This document shows positions 19,952-28,358 of a stretch of 64,000 nt of DNA, piece after piece. Both the position numbers and the translations under genes were made by a program. This DNA comes from an uncultured Solirubrobacterales bacterium (lineage in GTDB: Bacteria > Actinomycetota > Thermoleophilia > Solirubrobacterales > Solirubrobacteraceae), in contig CAVYWG010000014.1 of NCBI GenBank assembly GCA_963772075.1, positions 14,950-78,949 on the forward strand, given 5' to 3'. Within the stretch, counting starts at the first letter, position 1. Each line of letters begins with the position of its first letter. The notes beneath the pieces are model-generated. The model was given only the letters and a program-made list of their open reading frames with translations. It was not told the DNA's origin and ran no database searches.

Positions 19952-21237
19952 TGATCGCCGTGCAGCCCGGCCGACGATCATCTGCGCCGGCGCGGCGTTT
20001 GCGCCTTCCGCGGCGCACCATTCGCCTCCGCCTGGCGTTGCTGTACGGCGGTGTGTTCTTCATCTCGGGCGCTGTGCTGCTGGCGCTCACCTACGTCGGC
20101 GTCGCGCGCACCCACGGCACCTACTCGCAGGCCGTTGGAGTGCCTCTGATCCACTCCGGCTCCGCCGCCGTGCCGTCCCCCAATCAGCTCGCGATCCCCC
20201 ACATTCCACACGGATCGCATTTGCAGCGCGTCACCGTTTCGGTTGTCGACCCCAATCAGCGCAACGTGGACCTGCGCGTGCTTGCGGTTGTGTCGGTGAT
20301 CGCGCTCGCGCTGATGGCGGCCGTTTCGATGGGGCTCGGGTGGCTGCTCGCCGGACGGGTGCTGCGCCCGTTGCGCACGATCACAACCGCTGCCCGTGAC
20401 ATTTCGGCCACCGACCTGCATCGCCGGCTCGCGCTGGACGGGCCCGACGACGAGTTCAAGGAGCTCGGGGCCACCTTCGACGGGCTGCTCGAACGGCTCG
20501 ACGCGTCCTTCCAATCCCAGCGCCAGTTCGTCGCCAACGCCTCCCACGAGCTGCGCACACCGCTCGCCCGGCTCAAGACGCTGGCCCAGGTCGCGCTCGC
20601 GGATCCCCGGGCCGACGTCGCGTCTCTGCGCGCGGCGCACGAACGCGTGCTCGCCTCCGAGCAGCAGCTGGAGGAGTTGATCGAGGCGCTGCTGAGCCTC
20701 GCGGTGAGCGAGCGGGGGCTCGACCGTCGCGAGCCGCTCGATCTGAGCGCAATCGCCCGCGACGTGCTCGCCGGCCGGGACGCTGAGATCGAGCGCCGCG
20801 GCCTGCGGCTGCAGGTCAAGCTCGACCCCGCCCGTGTCGAGGGCGACCCGCCGCTGATCGAGCGCTTGGTGGCGAACCTCTTGGATAACGCGATCGGCCA
20901 CAACACAACCGGGGGGCTAGTCGAGGTCACGACCGCGACTAGCCCGGATGGTGTCGTGCTGTCGGTGGTCAACGATGGCCCGGTCATATCGCCACAAGAG
21001 CTGGAGCGGCTTCCACGGCCCTTCCAGCGATTCGGGGTGGACCGCACCGACCGCGGCGACGGACACGGCCTCGGGCTGTCGATTGTCCACGCCATCGCCC
21101 GTGCCCACGACGCTACCCTCGCTGTCCGGGCCCAAGTTGGCGGAGGCCTAGAGGTCGAGGTGAGCTTCCCGGTCCCGGCTGACCTTTCGATCAGTGGTTG
21201 TGCAGCGGGAACGCGCACGCGGCCGCCGCCCGCGTGA
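19951..21237 (+). CDS. HAMP-domain sensor histidine kinase (CutS-like)
   Basis: [34 protein letters not shown]; start overlaps the regulator stop. Confidence 0.93.
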   Translation: MIAVQPGRRSSAPARRLRLPRRTIRLRLALLYGGVFFISGAVLLALTYVGVARTHGTYSQAVGVPLIHSGSAAVPSPNQLAIPHIPHGSHLQRVTVSVVDPNQRNVDLRVLAVVSVIALALMAAVSMGLGWLLAGRVLRPLRTITTAARDISATDLHRRLALDGPDDEFKELGATFDGLLERLDASFQSQRQFVANASHELRTPLARLKTLAQVALADPRADVASLRAAHERVLASEQQLEELIEALLSLAVSERGLDRREPLDLSAIARDVLAGRDAEIERRGLRLQVKLDPARVEGDPPLIERLVANLLDNAIGHNTTGGLVEVTTATSPDGVVLSVVNDGPVISPQELERLPRPFQRFGVDRTDRGDGHGLGLSIVHAIARAHDATLAVRAQVGGGLEVEVSFPVPADLSISGCAAGTRTRPPPA

Positions 21238-21814
21238 ATACCGGCGACTGCTGGTTGATCGTGCTCGGGAACAGGAGGATCACCCCTTCGATGTCGCTGA
21301 TCACGGCGATGCCGGAGGCGAACGGGTTGGGCGGGGCCGAGGTCCGAGGGTCGGGGAAGTCGTAGACGCCGTGCTGGCGCATGCATCGCGCAATGTTCAG
21401 AAACCTGGCCAGCGTCTGCGGGGAAGGCGGAGGCCCCGAGCCGGGGCCGGGAGGCAGGAACTGCCGACACTTCGCTCGCGCTGCGCTGACCGCGGGCGAT
21501 CGGGGATCAATTCCAGCACGCAGAGGAAAACCGCCGCTGGCGTTCGGGTCTGGGAAGTTGGGCACGCCGTTGGAGCGCATGCACTTGGCGAAGGCGATCA
21601 TCGCCTGCTGGAGCTTCGCGGGGCTTTCAGGCGACGAACTGCTGCCTTCGGAGCTCGCCGACGAGGCGCCTTTGCCCGTGGACAGATGCGCGATGGTAGG
21701 GCTGGGGGAGCTGCTCCCGCATCCCGCCACCAGCACCCCGCCCAGGAGTGCCGCGACGCTGAGCAGGCGCGCTCGCGGCGGGGTGAGCCGCTTGGTGTGA
21801 ATGCCGTATGCCAT
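21191..21814 (-). CDS. Third Cys-repeat lipoprotein
   Basis: Lipobox LVAGC; FAKCMRSNGVPNFPDP..AKC and ARCMRQHGVYDFPDP..AAC; AAGGAG RBS; 3' end overlaps the convergent kinase. Confidence 0.85.
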   Translation of the reverse strand: MAYGIHTKRLTPPRARLLSVAALLGGVLVAGCGSSSPSPTIAHLSTGKGASSASSEGSSSSPESPAKLQQAMIAFAKCMRSNGVPNFPDPNASGGFPLRAGIDPRSPAVSAARAKCRQFLPPGPGSGPPPSPQTLARFLNIARCMRQHGVYDFPDPRTSAPPNPFASGIAVISDIEGVILLFPSTINQQSPVFTRAAAACAFPLHNH

Positions 21815-21877
21815 CTGTCTCCTTCGAGCTCTCCATCGGGTTGCGCCCTCGTTCAAGATCGGTTGTACGCGGTGGGC

Positions 21878-21952
21878 TGTTTCGTCCCTGTTTCGCACCG
21901 CGAGGCAGGCAACGGCCCTGTCGGACGGAGCCGGCGAAACAGCGCCGAAACA
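21878..21952. promoter_or_regulatory. Two divergent CGAAACA-N4-CGAAACA boxes
   Basis: TGTTTCG at 21878 and 21889 (faces the lipoprotein); CGAAACA at 21935 and 21946 (faces the regulator). Confidence 0.6.
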
Positions 21953-21985
21953 GTGCGACGCTACCTTCACGACGAGGAGCTGCAG

Positions 21986-22648
21986 ATGCGGGTACTTGTG
22001 ATCGAGGACGACGAGGAGCTGGCCGCAACGGTCGCCGCCGGCCTGCGCCACGCGCGGATGGCGGTCGACGTGGCGCTCGACGGCGGGGCCGGGTTGACGC
22101 GCGCGCTGGTCAACGACTACGACGTGATCGTGCTCGACCGCGACCTTCCCGGCATCCACGGCGATGAGGTGTGCGCCAAGCTGGTCGCAGCCGGCGGGCG
22201 CAGCCGGGTGCTAATGCTGACCGGCGCGGCGGAGAATGAGGACCTCGTCGACGGGTTGGGGCTCGGCGCGGACGACTACCTGGCTAAGCCGTTCGACTTT
22301 CCCGTGCTGGTCGCGCGCATCGGCGCACTTGCTCGCCGGGCGCAGCCGAGCATCCCGCCGGTGCTGGAGCACGGCGATGTCGTGCTCGATACGGCCAAGC
22401 GCCGCGCGCGGCGCGCGGGCCGTGAGCTGGAACTGACGCCCAAGGAGTTCGGGGCGCTGGAGCTGCTGCTCGCCGCCCAGGGCCGGGTCATCGCGGCCGA
22501 GGAGCTGCTCGAACGCGTATGGGATGAGAACGCCGACCCGTTCACAGGCGCGGTGCGGATCACCATGAGCCGGCTGCGCGCGAAGCTCGGCGAGCCCCCC
22601 GTGATCGAGACCGTCGCGAAGGCCGGATACCGCATCGGAGGTGGGTGA
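21986..22648 (+). CDS. OmpR-family response regulator (paralogue of 19298-19951)
   Basis: Same motifs with shared identical DNA stretches (GGTCAACGACTACGACGTGATCGTGCTCGACCGCGA); GAGGAG RBS before ATG 21986. Confidence 0.95.
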   Translation: MRVLVIEDDEELAATVAAGLRHARMAVDVALDGGAGLTRALVNDYDVIVLDRDLPGIHGDEVCAKLVAAGGRSRVLMLTGAAENEDLVDGLGLGADDYLAKPFDFPVLVARIGALARRAQPSIPPVLEHGDVVLDTAKRRARRAGRELELTPKEFGALELLLAAQGRVIAAEELLERVWDENADPFTGAVRITMSRLRAKLGEPPVIETVAKAGYRIGGG

Positions 22649-22706
22649 TGGGCTTCGTGCACCGCCGGCTCCTACCACCGAACGGTCTTCACGTTTGGGG
22701 TCAAAC

Positions 22707-24197
22707 GTGAAGACCTCACCAAGTTGGCTGCGACTGCCTCGCCGCACCGCCCGGCTGCGGCTGACCGCTCTCTACGGCGGCCTCTTCCTCCTCTCCGGCG
22801 TCGCGCTGGTCGCCATCACCTATGGCCTTTTCGAGCGGGCGACCGAATACAAAACGCCGCACTTGCCGAAGGTTCCTCACACCTCTGCCATCCAGCATCT
22901 CCGCTTTCCCTACCTGCCTGCACCGAGCCAATTTTCGGCTCAGTCTGGAAAGGCTGCGCCGGTGGGTCAATCCGTCGTCATCAAGCATCCGCGTCAGTTG
23001 ACACAGGCTCAGCGGGAGCTGGGACAGGCTCAGTACGAGCTGACACAGGCTCGACCTCGGCTGGTGGTGGGTGTGCCGAATCTGCTGGGACGGGTACAGC
23101 ATCAGATAACACAGGCTCAGCATCAGCTGGCGCAGGACCAGCGTCAGCTGACAGACGCGGTGCACCAGCTGGCACAAGTGGGGCCCGTGCAAGCCGCGCA
23201 GCGCGCTACCGACTCCCACCAGCTGCTGGTCAACTCGGGGATCGCGCTGGCGATCGTGGCCGTGCTCGCTCTCCTCGCCGGCTGGGTGGTCGCCGGCAGG
23301 ATGCTGCGCCCGATCCGCACCATCACCCGCACGGCGCGGCGGATCTCCTCCACCAGCCTGCACGAGCGGTTGGCCCTCGACGGCCCGCAGGACGAGCTCA
23401 AGGAGCTCGGAGACACCCTCGATGACCTGTTCGGGCGCCTCGACGCCGCGTTCGAAGCGCAACGCCAATTCGTCGCCAACGCCTCGCACGAGCTGCGCGC
23501 GCCGCTGACCCGCCAGCGAGCGCTGATCCAGGTCGCGCTAGCCGACCCCGAGGCGGACTTCAGCTCGCTGCGCGCAGCCCATGAGCGCGTGCTCGCCTCA
23601 GAGCAGCACCTCGAGCAGATGATCGATGGTCTGCTGGCGCTCACGCGCGGTCAGGCAGGGTTGGAGCGCCGCGAGCACCTGGATCTCGCCGACATCGCCG
23701 CCAAGGTCATACACGCGCGCGAGCCAGAGGCCGCAGGCGGCAACCTCGACGTTCGCGTAACGCTCGCGCCGGCGCCGGCGGAGGGCGATCCACGGCTGGT
23801 CGAGCGCCTGATCGCCAACCTCCTCGACAACGCCATCCGCCACAACGTCCCCCGGGGACACGTCGAGATCACGACTGGCACCCATCACCAGCGGGCATTC
23901 CTGGCGGTCGCCAACAGCGGTCCCACGATTCCCACCGAGGAGCTGCCGCGCCTGTTGCAACCGTTCCAACGCCTACACGGAACCCGTACCAACCACACGA
24001 GCGGCAACGGGCTCGGCCTGGCGATCGTCGACGCGATCGCCGCCGCCCATCGCGCCACGCTCACAGCCCAACCGCGCCCAGGCGGCGGGCTGGCCGTCGA
24101 AGTCACCTTCCCATCCATATCTATCGATGCGAACAGCAATGCGATCGCACACGGGCCGGCGGTGAAGGCCTCCAGGGGCGCTCGGACAAGCGCGTAA
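22707..24197 (+). CDS. Sensor histidine kinase with Gln-rich heptad-repeat extracytoplasmic region
   Basis: TM1, QLTQAQ-type heptads, TM2, HAMP, FVANASHELRAPL, NLLDNA, GNGLGLAIV. Start could be 22641 or 22707. Confidence 0.9.
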   Translation: MKTSPSWLRLPRRTARLRLTALYGGLFLLSGVALVAITYGLFERATEYKTPHLPKVPHTSAIQHLRFPYLPAPSQFSAQSGKAAPVGQSVVIKHPRQLTQAQRELGQAQYELTQARPRLVVGVPNLLGRVQHQITQAQHQLAQDQRQLTDAVHQLAQVGPVQAAQRATDSHQLLVNSGIALAIVAVLALLAGWVVAGRMLRPIRTITRTARRISSTSLHERLALDGPQDELKELGDTLDDLFGRLDAAFEAQRQFVANASHELRAPLTRQRALIQVALADPEADFSSLRAAHERVLASEQHLEQMIDGLLALTRGQAGLERREHLDLADIAAKVIHAREPEAAGGNLDVRVTLAPAPAEGDPRLVERLIANLLDNAIRHNVPRGHVEITTGTHHQRAFLAVANSGPTIPTEELPRLLQPFQRLHGTRTNHTSGNGLGLAIVDAIAAAHRATLTAQPRPGGGLAVEVTFPSISIDANSNAIAHGPAVKASRGARTSA

Positions 24198-24210
24198 AGT
24201 TGCGTTTGTG

Positions 24211-24355
24211 GGCCCCCCGGCACATGTGCCGGGGGGCCGGACCGTACATGTACGGTCCGGACGCAGGGCCGCATGCGGCCCTGCGCGGCGCGCGCATGCG
24301 CGCGCCGTACGACGACGCACATGTGCGTCGTCGCGCTCGGCACATGTGCCGAGCG
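24211..24355. repeat. Array of six abutting perfect palindromes, each centred on CATG
   Basis: 24211-24238 (28 bp), 24237-24260 (24), 24262-24285 (24), 24286-24307 (22), 24310-24333 (24), 24334-24355 (22). Checked base by base. Confidence 0.95.
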
Positions 24356-24476
24356 GCAAAGAACTGCTAGGGTTGCCACATCAGGTTGGGCGCTCGCCCA
24401 ACATCGCAGTGCCAGCGCTCGTAGCCTTGCTTAAAGCATCTCCGCGTTCGCAGCACTAACAACGCAGGAGGAAGCA

Positions 24477-24680
24477 ATGGCTAGTGGAACCGTCAAGTGG
24501 TTTAGCGACGACAAGGGATTCGGGTTCATCACGCCCGACGACCAGTCCAAGGACCTGTTCGTCCATCACACCGCGATCGTCGGTGAGGGCTATCGCTCGC
24601 TCGCCGAGGGCGCGAAGGTCACATACGAGGCGGAGGCTGGCGAGAAAGGCCCCAAGGCCGTCAACGTCCAAGCCTCCTAG
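24477..24680 (+). CDS. cspA: Cold-shock protein
   Basis: [32 protein letters not shown]1/RNP2 motifs; AGGAGG RBS at 24466. Confidence 0.97.
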   Translation: MASGTVKWFSDDKGFGFITPDDQSKDLFVHHTAIVGEGYRSLAEGAKVTYEAEAGEKGPKAVNVQAS

Positions 24681-24687
24681 GCCCTTT

Positions 24688-24719
24688 CGCGTCTGTCCGC
24701 CGCGAGGTGGACAGACGCG
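24688..24719 (+). terminator. Stem-loop after cspA
   Basis: CGCGTCTGTCC / GGACAGACGCG 11-bp stem; weak U-tract. Confidence 0.6.
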
Positions 24720-24737
24720 GGCCTGTTTGGAGATGCC

Positions 24738-25673
24738 GTGTCGCAGCACCCTGCCGGCGACGACACCGTTGTCATCGAGCACGAGGCAGTCGATCGCCTC
24801 GCCAATATCGTCGTAACGGTCGTCCCGGTGGCCCTCCTGGGCCTCGCGATTTGGTTGGCGTGGGGCGGCGCTCTGCATTGGCAGGACCTCGTCGTGCTCG
24901 CGATCACCTACATCGTCACCGGCGTGGGGATAACCGTCGGCTTTCACCGCCTGTTCACGCACCGCAGCTTCAAGACCAGTCGCCTGCTGCGCGCGCTGTT
25001 TGCCGTGTCCGGCTCCGCGGCGGTCGAGGGGCCGGTGATCGAGTGGGTATCGACCCATCGCAAGCACCACCGCTTCAGCGACGTCGCCGGCGATCCTCAC
25101 AGTCCCCATACCGATCACGGTGCCGGTTGGCGAGGGGCGCTCAGGGGTCTCTACCACGCCCACGTCGGCTGGATGTTCCGCGGCGTCGATCGCGCGAGCG
25201 CCGAGCGCTACGCCAAGGACCTACTCGCCGACCCCGTGATCCGCGCGGTCGATCGCACCTTCCCGCTGTGGGTGGTGCTCGGGCTCGCGTTCCCGTTCGG
25301 GCTTGGAGTCGCGCTGACCGGGTCGCTGGTCGGCGGCTTGACCGGCATGCTGTGGGGCGGAGCCGTTCGGATCCTGTTCTTGCACCACGCGACCTTCTCG
25401 ATCAACTCTCTGTGTCACTTCTTCGGGCGCCGGCGCTTCTCCACCGGCGATGAGTCGCGCAACCTCGCCTGGCTCGCCCTCCCGACCTTTGGCGAGGCCT
25501 GGCACAACAACCACCACGCCTTCCCCACCTCCGCTCACCACGGTCTCACTCGTTGGCAGCTGGATCCCGGCGGCTGGCTGATCGACGGCCTCGAGCGGGT
25601 CGGGCTCGCGTGGGATGTCGTGCGCATCTCCGCGGGCGCCCAGCGGGCAAAGGTTGCCTGCGGGCCACGCTGA
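24738..25673 (+). CDS. Acyl-CoA (delta-9-like) fatty acid desaturase
   Basis: Three His boxes (GFHRLFTH, HRKHH, WHNNHH); TM segments. Confidence 0.93.
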   Translation: MSQHPAGDDTVVIEHEAVDRLANIVVTVVPVALLGLAIWLAWGGALHWQDLVVLAITYIVTGVGITVGFHRLFTHRSFKTSRLLRALFAVSGSAAVEGPVIEWVSTHRKHHRFSDVAGDPHSPHTDHGAGWRGALRGLYHAHVGWMFRGVDRASAERYAKDLLADPVIRAVDRTFPLWVVLGLAFPFGLGVALTGSLVGGLTGMLWGGAVRILFLHHATFSINSLCHFFGRRRFSTGDESRNLAWLALPTFGEAWHNNHHAFPTSAHHGLTRWQLDPGGWLIDGLERVGLAWDVVRISAGAQRAKVACGPR

Positions 25674-25765
25674 GCACCAGCTCGTGCCAAAGCGCGCCGG
25701 TGTCGCCTTGGGGCCGGTCGCGGCGTGCGGACGGAGCGGCTCGAGCCATCGGGCCGGCTACGGGC

Positions 25766-27112
25766 TCACAGGGTGTTGAAGCATCCGTACACGATGTACA
25801 GCGGGTTCGTGACGCTGTGCCTGTGAGCTGCGAGCATCGTGGGGCCGCCGATGAACGCGGGCGGGGACTGGGCCTTGTAGCAGCCGTTGTACTCCAGGCT
25901 CACGTCATACTCGACCGCGGTCTGCTGGAAGGGGACCGAGTGCGCTTGGGGTAGGTACACGTAGAGCGTGCAGTTCCAGTCCCCCGGCCCCACGGCCTTG
26001 GCCGCCCGGCGGTTGCAGTTGGGCAGGATGTCGAGCTTTGCCCCAGCGGGCACCCGCCGCCCGATCAGTTGCTGCTGCAGCAGGGTGAGGTTGTTGAACT
26101 CTTCTCCGATCGCCGCGCTGAGGCGGTTGGCGGTGTCACCCGTGGGGCCGACGTTGGCGAGCAGGGCGAGCACGGCGAGCAGGGCGGTGGCGATCGCCAC
26201 GATCCGGACGGGAGTCCGCCAGTCCGGGGTGCGGTTCACCGTGCTCGCGAGGAAGTCGCGGCGTTTGAGGATCCTCCAGCTGGCCGTGACGCAGGCAGCG
26301 ATCCAGGCGACGCTCACGAGGCTCGATATCGCCAGCGGGCCATAGAACGGGTGGGTGGTGAAGAGGCCGTGCCAGCCATCGAAGGCCGCGCCGATCAGGA
26401 GCAGGTGGACGCCCACACCCTTGCCGATCAGATCCAGCAGCTGGGTGAGCAGCGCGACGAGCAGCGGGCCGAGCACGCCGATGATCCCGTTGCGCGTGGC
26501 GACCGAAAACAGGATCGCGACGCTCGTGTACGCGAGTACTCCCAGCAGGCACAGCAGCCAGCTGAGCGCTGTCAGGCCGAGCAGCCGGCCCGGCGAGGTC
26601 AGGACGCCGCTGAGATCGACGAGCGAGTGCGCCCCCACCACCAGCACGCCGGCGAGCACGCTCGAGACGGCGAGCGTCAGCGTGAGCGCGACCGCGAGGG
26701 CTGCGGCGGCGAGGAGCTTGCCCGCGTAAAGATCGCTGCGGGGACAGGAGCGGGTCAGGATCGTCTTCCAGGTCCCATGCCGGTCCTCGGATGCGAACAG
26801 ATCTCCCCCGAGCAGGCCGGCGATCAGCGGGAACCCCCACGTCCCCGCGAACCCGAGGATCACGAGCGAGATCGCGAACCCGGAAGAGTGCACCCACGCC
26901 CCGAACAGCGCATCCGAGGGCGTCCCGCTCTGCGCCTTCAGCACGGCAGCGAAAGCGAACGGTCCGGCGATACAGATCACTCCCAGCAGGCGGCTGGTGA
27001 GCTGGGCGCCCAACTTCTGCAGCTCGGCCCGGAAGGCGTTCCAGATCGGCTCCTCGCCGCCGAGCGGCCGCGAGGAGCGATCGACCGCGGCGCCGGGAGC
27101 GATCGTGCTCAT
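25766..27112 (-). CDS. ABC-2 type permease with C-terminal extracytoplasmic Cys-containing domain
   Basis: FASEDRHGTWKTILTR motif, several TMs, then a soluble domain with three Cys (PNC, WNC, NGC). Confidence 0.8.
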   Translation of the reverse strand: MSTIAPGAAVDRSSRPLGGEEPIWNAFRAELQKLGAQLTSRLLGVICIAGPFAFAAVLKAQSGTPSDALFGAWVHSSGFAISLVILGFAGTWGFPLIAGLLGGDLFASEDRHGTWKTILTRSCPRSDLYAGKLLAAAALAVALTLTLAVSSVLAGVLVVGAHSLVDLSGVLTSPGRLLGLTALSWLLCLLGVLAYTSVAILFSVATRNGIIGVLGPLLVALLTQLLDLIGKGVGVHLLLIGAAFDGWHGLFTTHPFYGPLAISSLVSVAWIAACVTASWRILKRRDFLASTVNRTPDWRTPVRIVAIATALLAVLALLANVGPTGDTANRLSAAIGEEFNNLTLLQQQLIGRRVPAGAKLDILPNCNRRAAKAVGPGDWNCTLYVYLPQAHSVPFQQTAVEYDVSLEYNGCYKAQSPPAFIGGPTMLAAHRHSVTNPLYIVYGCFNTL

Positions 27113-27164
27113 TGGGCATCCTTGGGTTGCCTCGGCCGCCGCCGGGTGAGCGCCGATCGCATGC

Positions 27165-28133
27165 TCATCGACCCGCCCCCGCCAGCACCGTCTCGGCGAG
27201 TTCCACGGGCTCCAGCTGCTCGAGTGGGGCGCCGTCGGAGGTCAGGGCGAAGAACATCGCCTCCAGCGGGCTCACGAGCAGATCGAGGCGGCGGATCGCC
27301 ACACGCGCGTCCCCGAGCGCGAGCACGAACGCGTCCAGGCAGCCCTCGTGCACCGCCAGCGCAAGCTCTCCTCGGCTCGAGCGCTCGGCCCGCACACCGA
27401 GCTGATCCGCGGCGATCCGTAGCGCCTGCTCGTCATCGCTGGTCGCCAGCGCGTACGCGGACGCCGGCGCCTGGGCGGCGAGCTCCGTCGCCGAGCCGTC
27501 CCACACGACCTGCCCCTCGCGCAGGACGGTGTAGGCGTCGCACACCCGCTCGAGCTCGCCGATCTGGTGGCTGGAGAGCAGCACCGCGACCCCCTCGCCG
27601 GCCAGCTCGCGCACGAGCGCCGCTACGGTCCGCGTCCCGGCCGGGTCCAGGCCGCTGGTCGGCTCGTCGAGCAGCAGCAGCAGCGGTGAACGCAGCAGCG
27701 CGGCCGCCAGCCCTAGGCGCTGGCGCATCCCGGTCGAGTAGCCCGCCACGCGGTCCTCGCCGCGGCGCTCTAGGCCCACCCGTGCCAGTGCGCGCTCGAC
27801 CGCGGTGGCGCTCGGGCCGGCGTCGAGCCTTGCCAGCAGGCCGAGGTTCGCGCGCCCGGACAGGTATGGGTAGAAGGCCGGCTCCTCCACGAACCCGCCC
27901 ACCTCCTTCAGGGCGCCGCCGCCGAGCCCGTCGAACGGGCGCCCCAGCAGCTCTACCGAGCCGGCGTCCGGATGGATCAGCCCGAACAGCATTCGCAGCA
28001 GTGTCGTCTTGCCCGCGCCGTTGGGACCCAGCAGGCCTCGCACCTGCCCCGGCGCAACCGCCAGGTCGACACCGTCAACGGCCGTTCTCGCCCCGTAGCG
28101 CTTGCTCAATCCGGTTGCTCGGACGGCGTCCAC
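27165..28133 (-). CDS. ABC transporter ATP-binding protein
   Basis: GPNGAGKTT, YSTGMRQRLG, LDEPTSGLD, SSHQ. Confidence 0.95.
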   Translation of the reverse strand: MDAVRATGLSKRYGARTAVDGVDLAVAPGQVRGLLGPNGAGKTTLLRMLFGLIHPDAGSVELLGRPFDGLGGGALKEVGGFVEEPAFYPYLSGRANLGLLARLDAGPSATAVERALARVGLERRGEDRVAGYSTGMRQRLGLAAALLRSPLLLLLDEPTSGLDPAGTRTVAALVRELAGEGVAVLLSSHQIGELERVCDAYTVLREGQVVWDGSATELAAQAPASAYALATSDDEQALRIAADQLGVRAERSSRGELALAVHEGCLDAFVLALGDARVAIRRLDLLVSPLEAMFFALTSDGAPLEQLEPVELAETVLAGAGR

Positions 28134-28358
28134 GGCGCCAATCTACCCCGCCCCCGCCCTGGCATTCGTGAAACGCCTGTGAACGTGAGGTGAAAATCGG
28201 TGCCATCTGTGGGTGAATTGTGAATAAATCGTGAGCGTGGTTTACACCGCCCGGTAACAAGGGCAACTTAACGCGTAGCTAATCTGCCCGCACTTGACGT
28301 ATGAGTTTCACCTTGTTGTCGCGCGTTGCGACGTAACGTCTATTCGGAGGTGGTGACT

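Noticed and set aside
21194-22648. 484-aa N-terminally extended response regulator
   Set aside because: The extension is the antisense of the lipoprotein gene; the RBS and family start are at 21986. The same logic applies to the extended ORFs at 15130-16221, 37683, 57072 and 61559.
24211-24355. Palindrome array as a CRISPR or REP/BIME cluster
   Set aside because: No constant repeat with unique spacers, no cas genes, the units have no loops or linkers, and arm sequences differ.
26069-28171. Long antisense/overlapping ORFs (e.g. 26069-28171, 36478-38109, 58707-60515, 29238-30758)
   Set aside because: Shadow ORFs typical of high-GC DNA, lying opposite well-supported genes, with no recognisable motifs.
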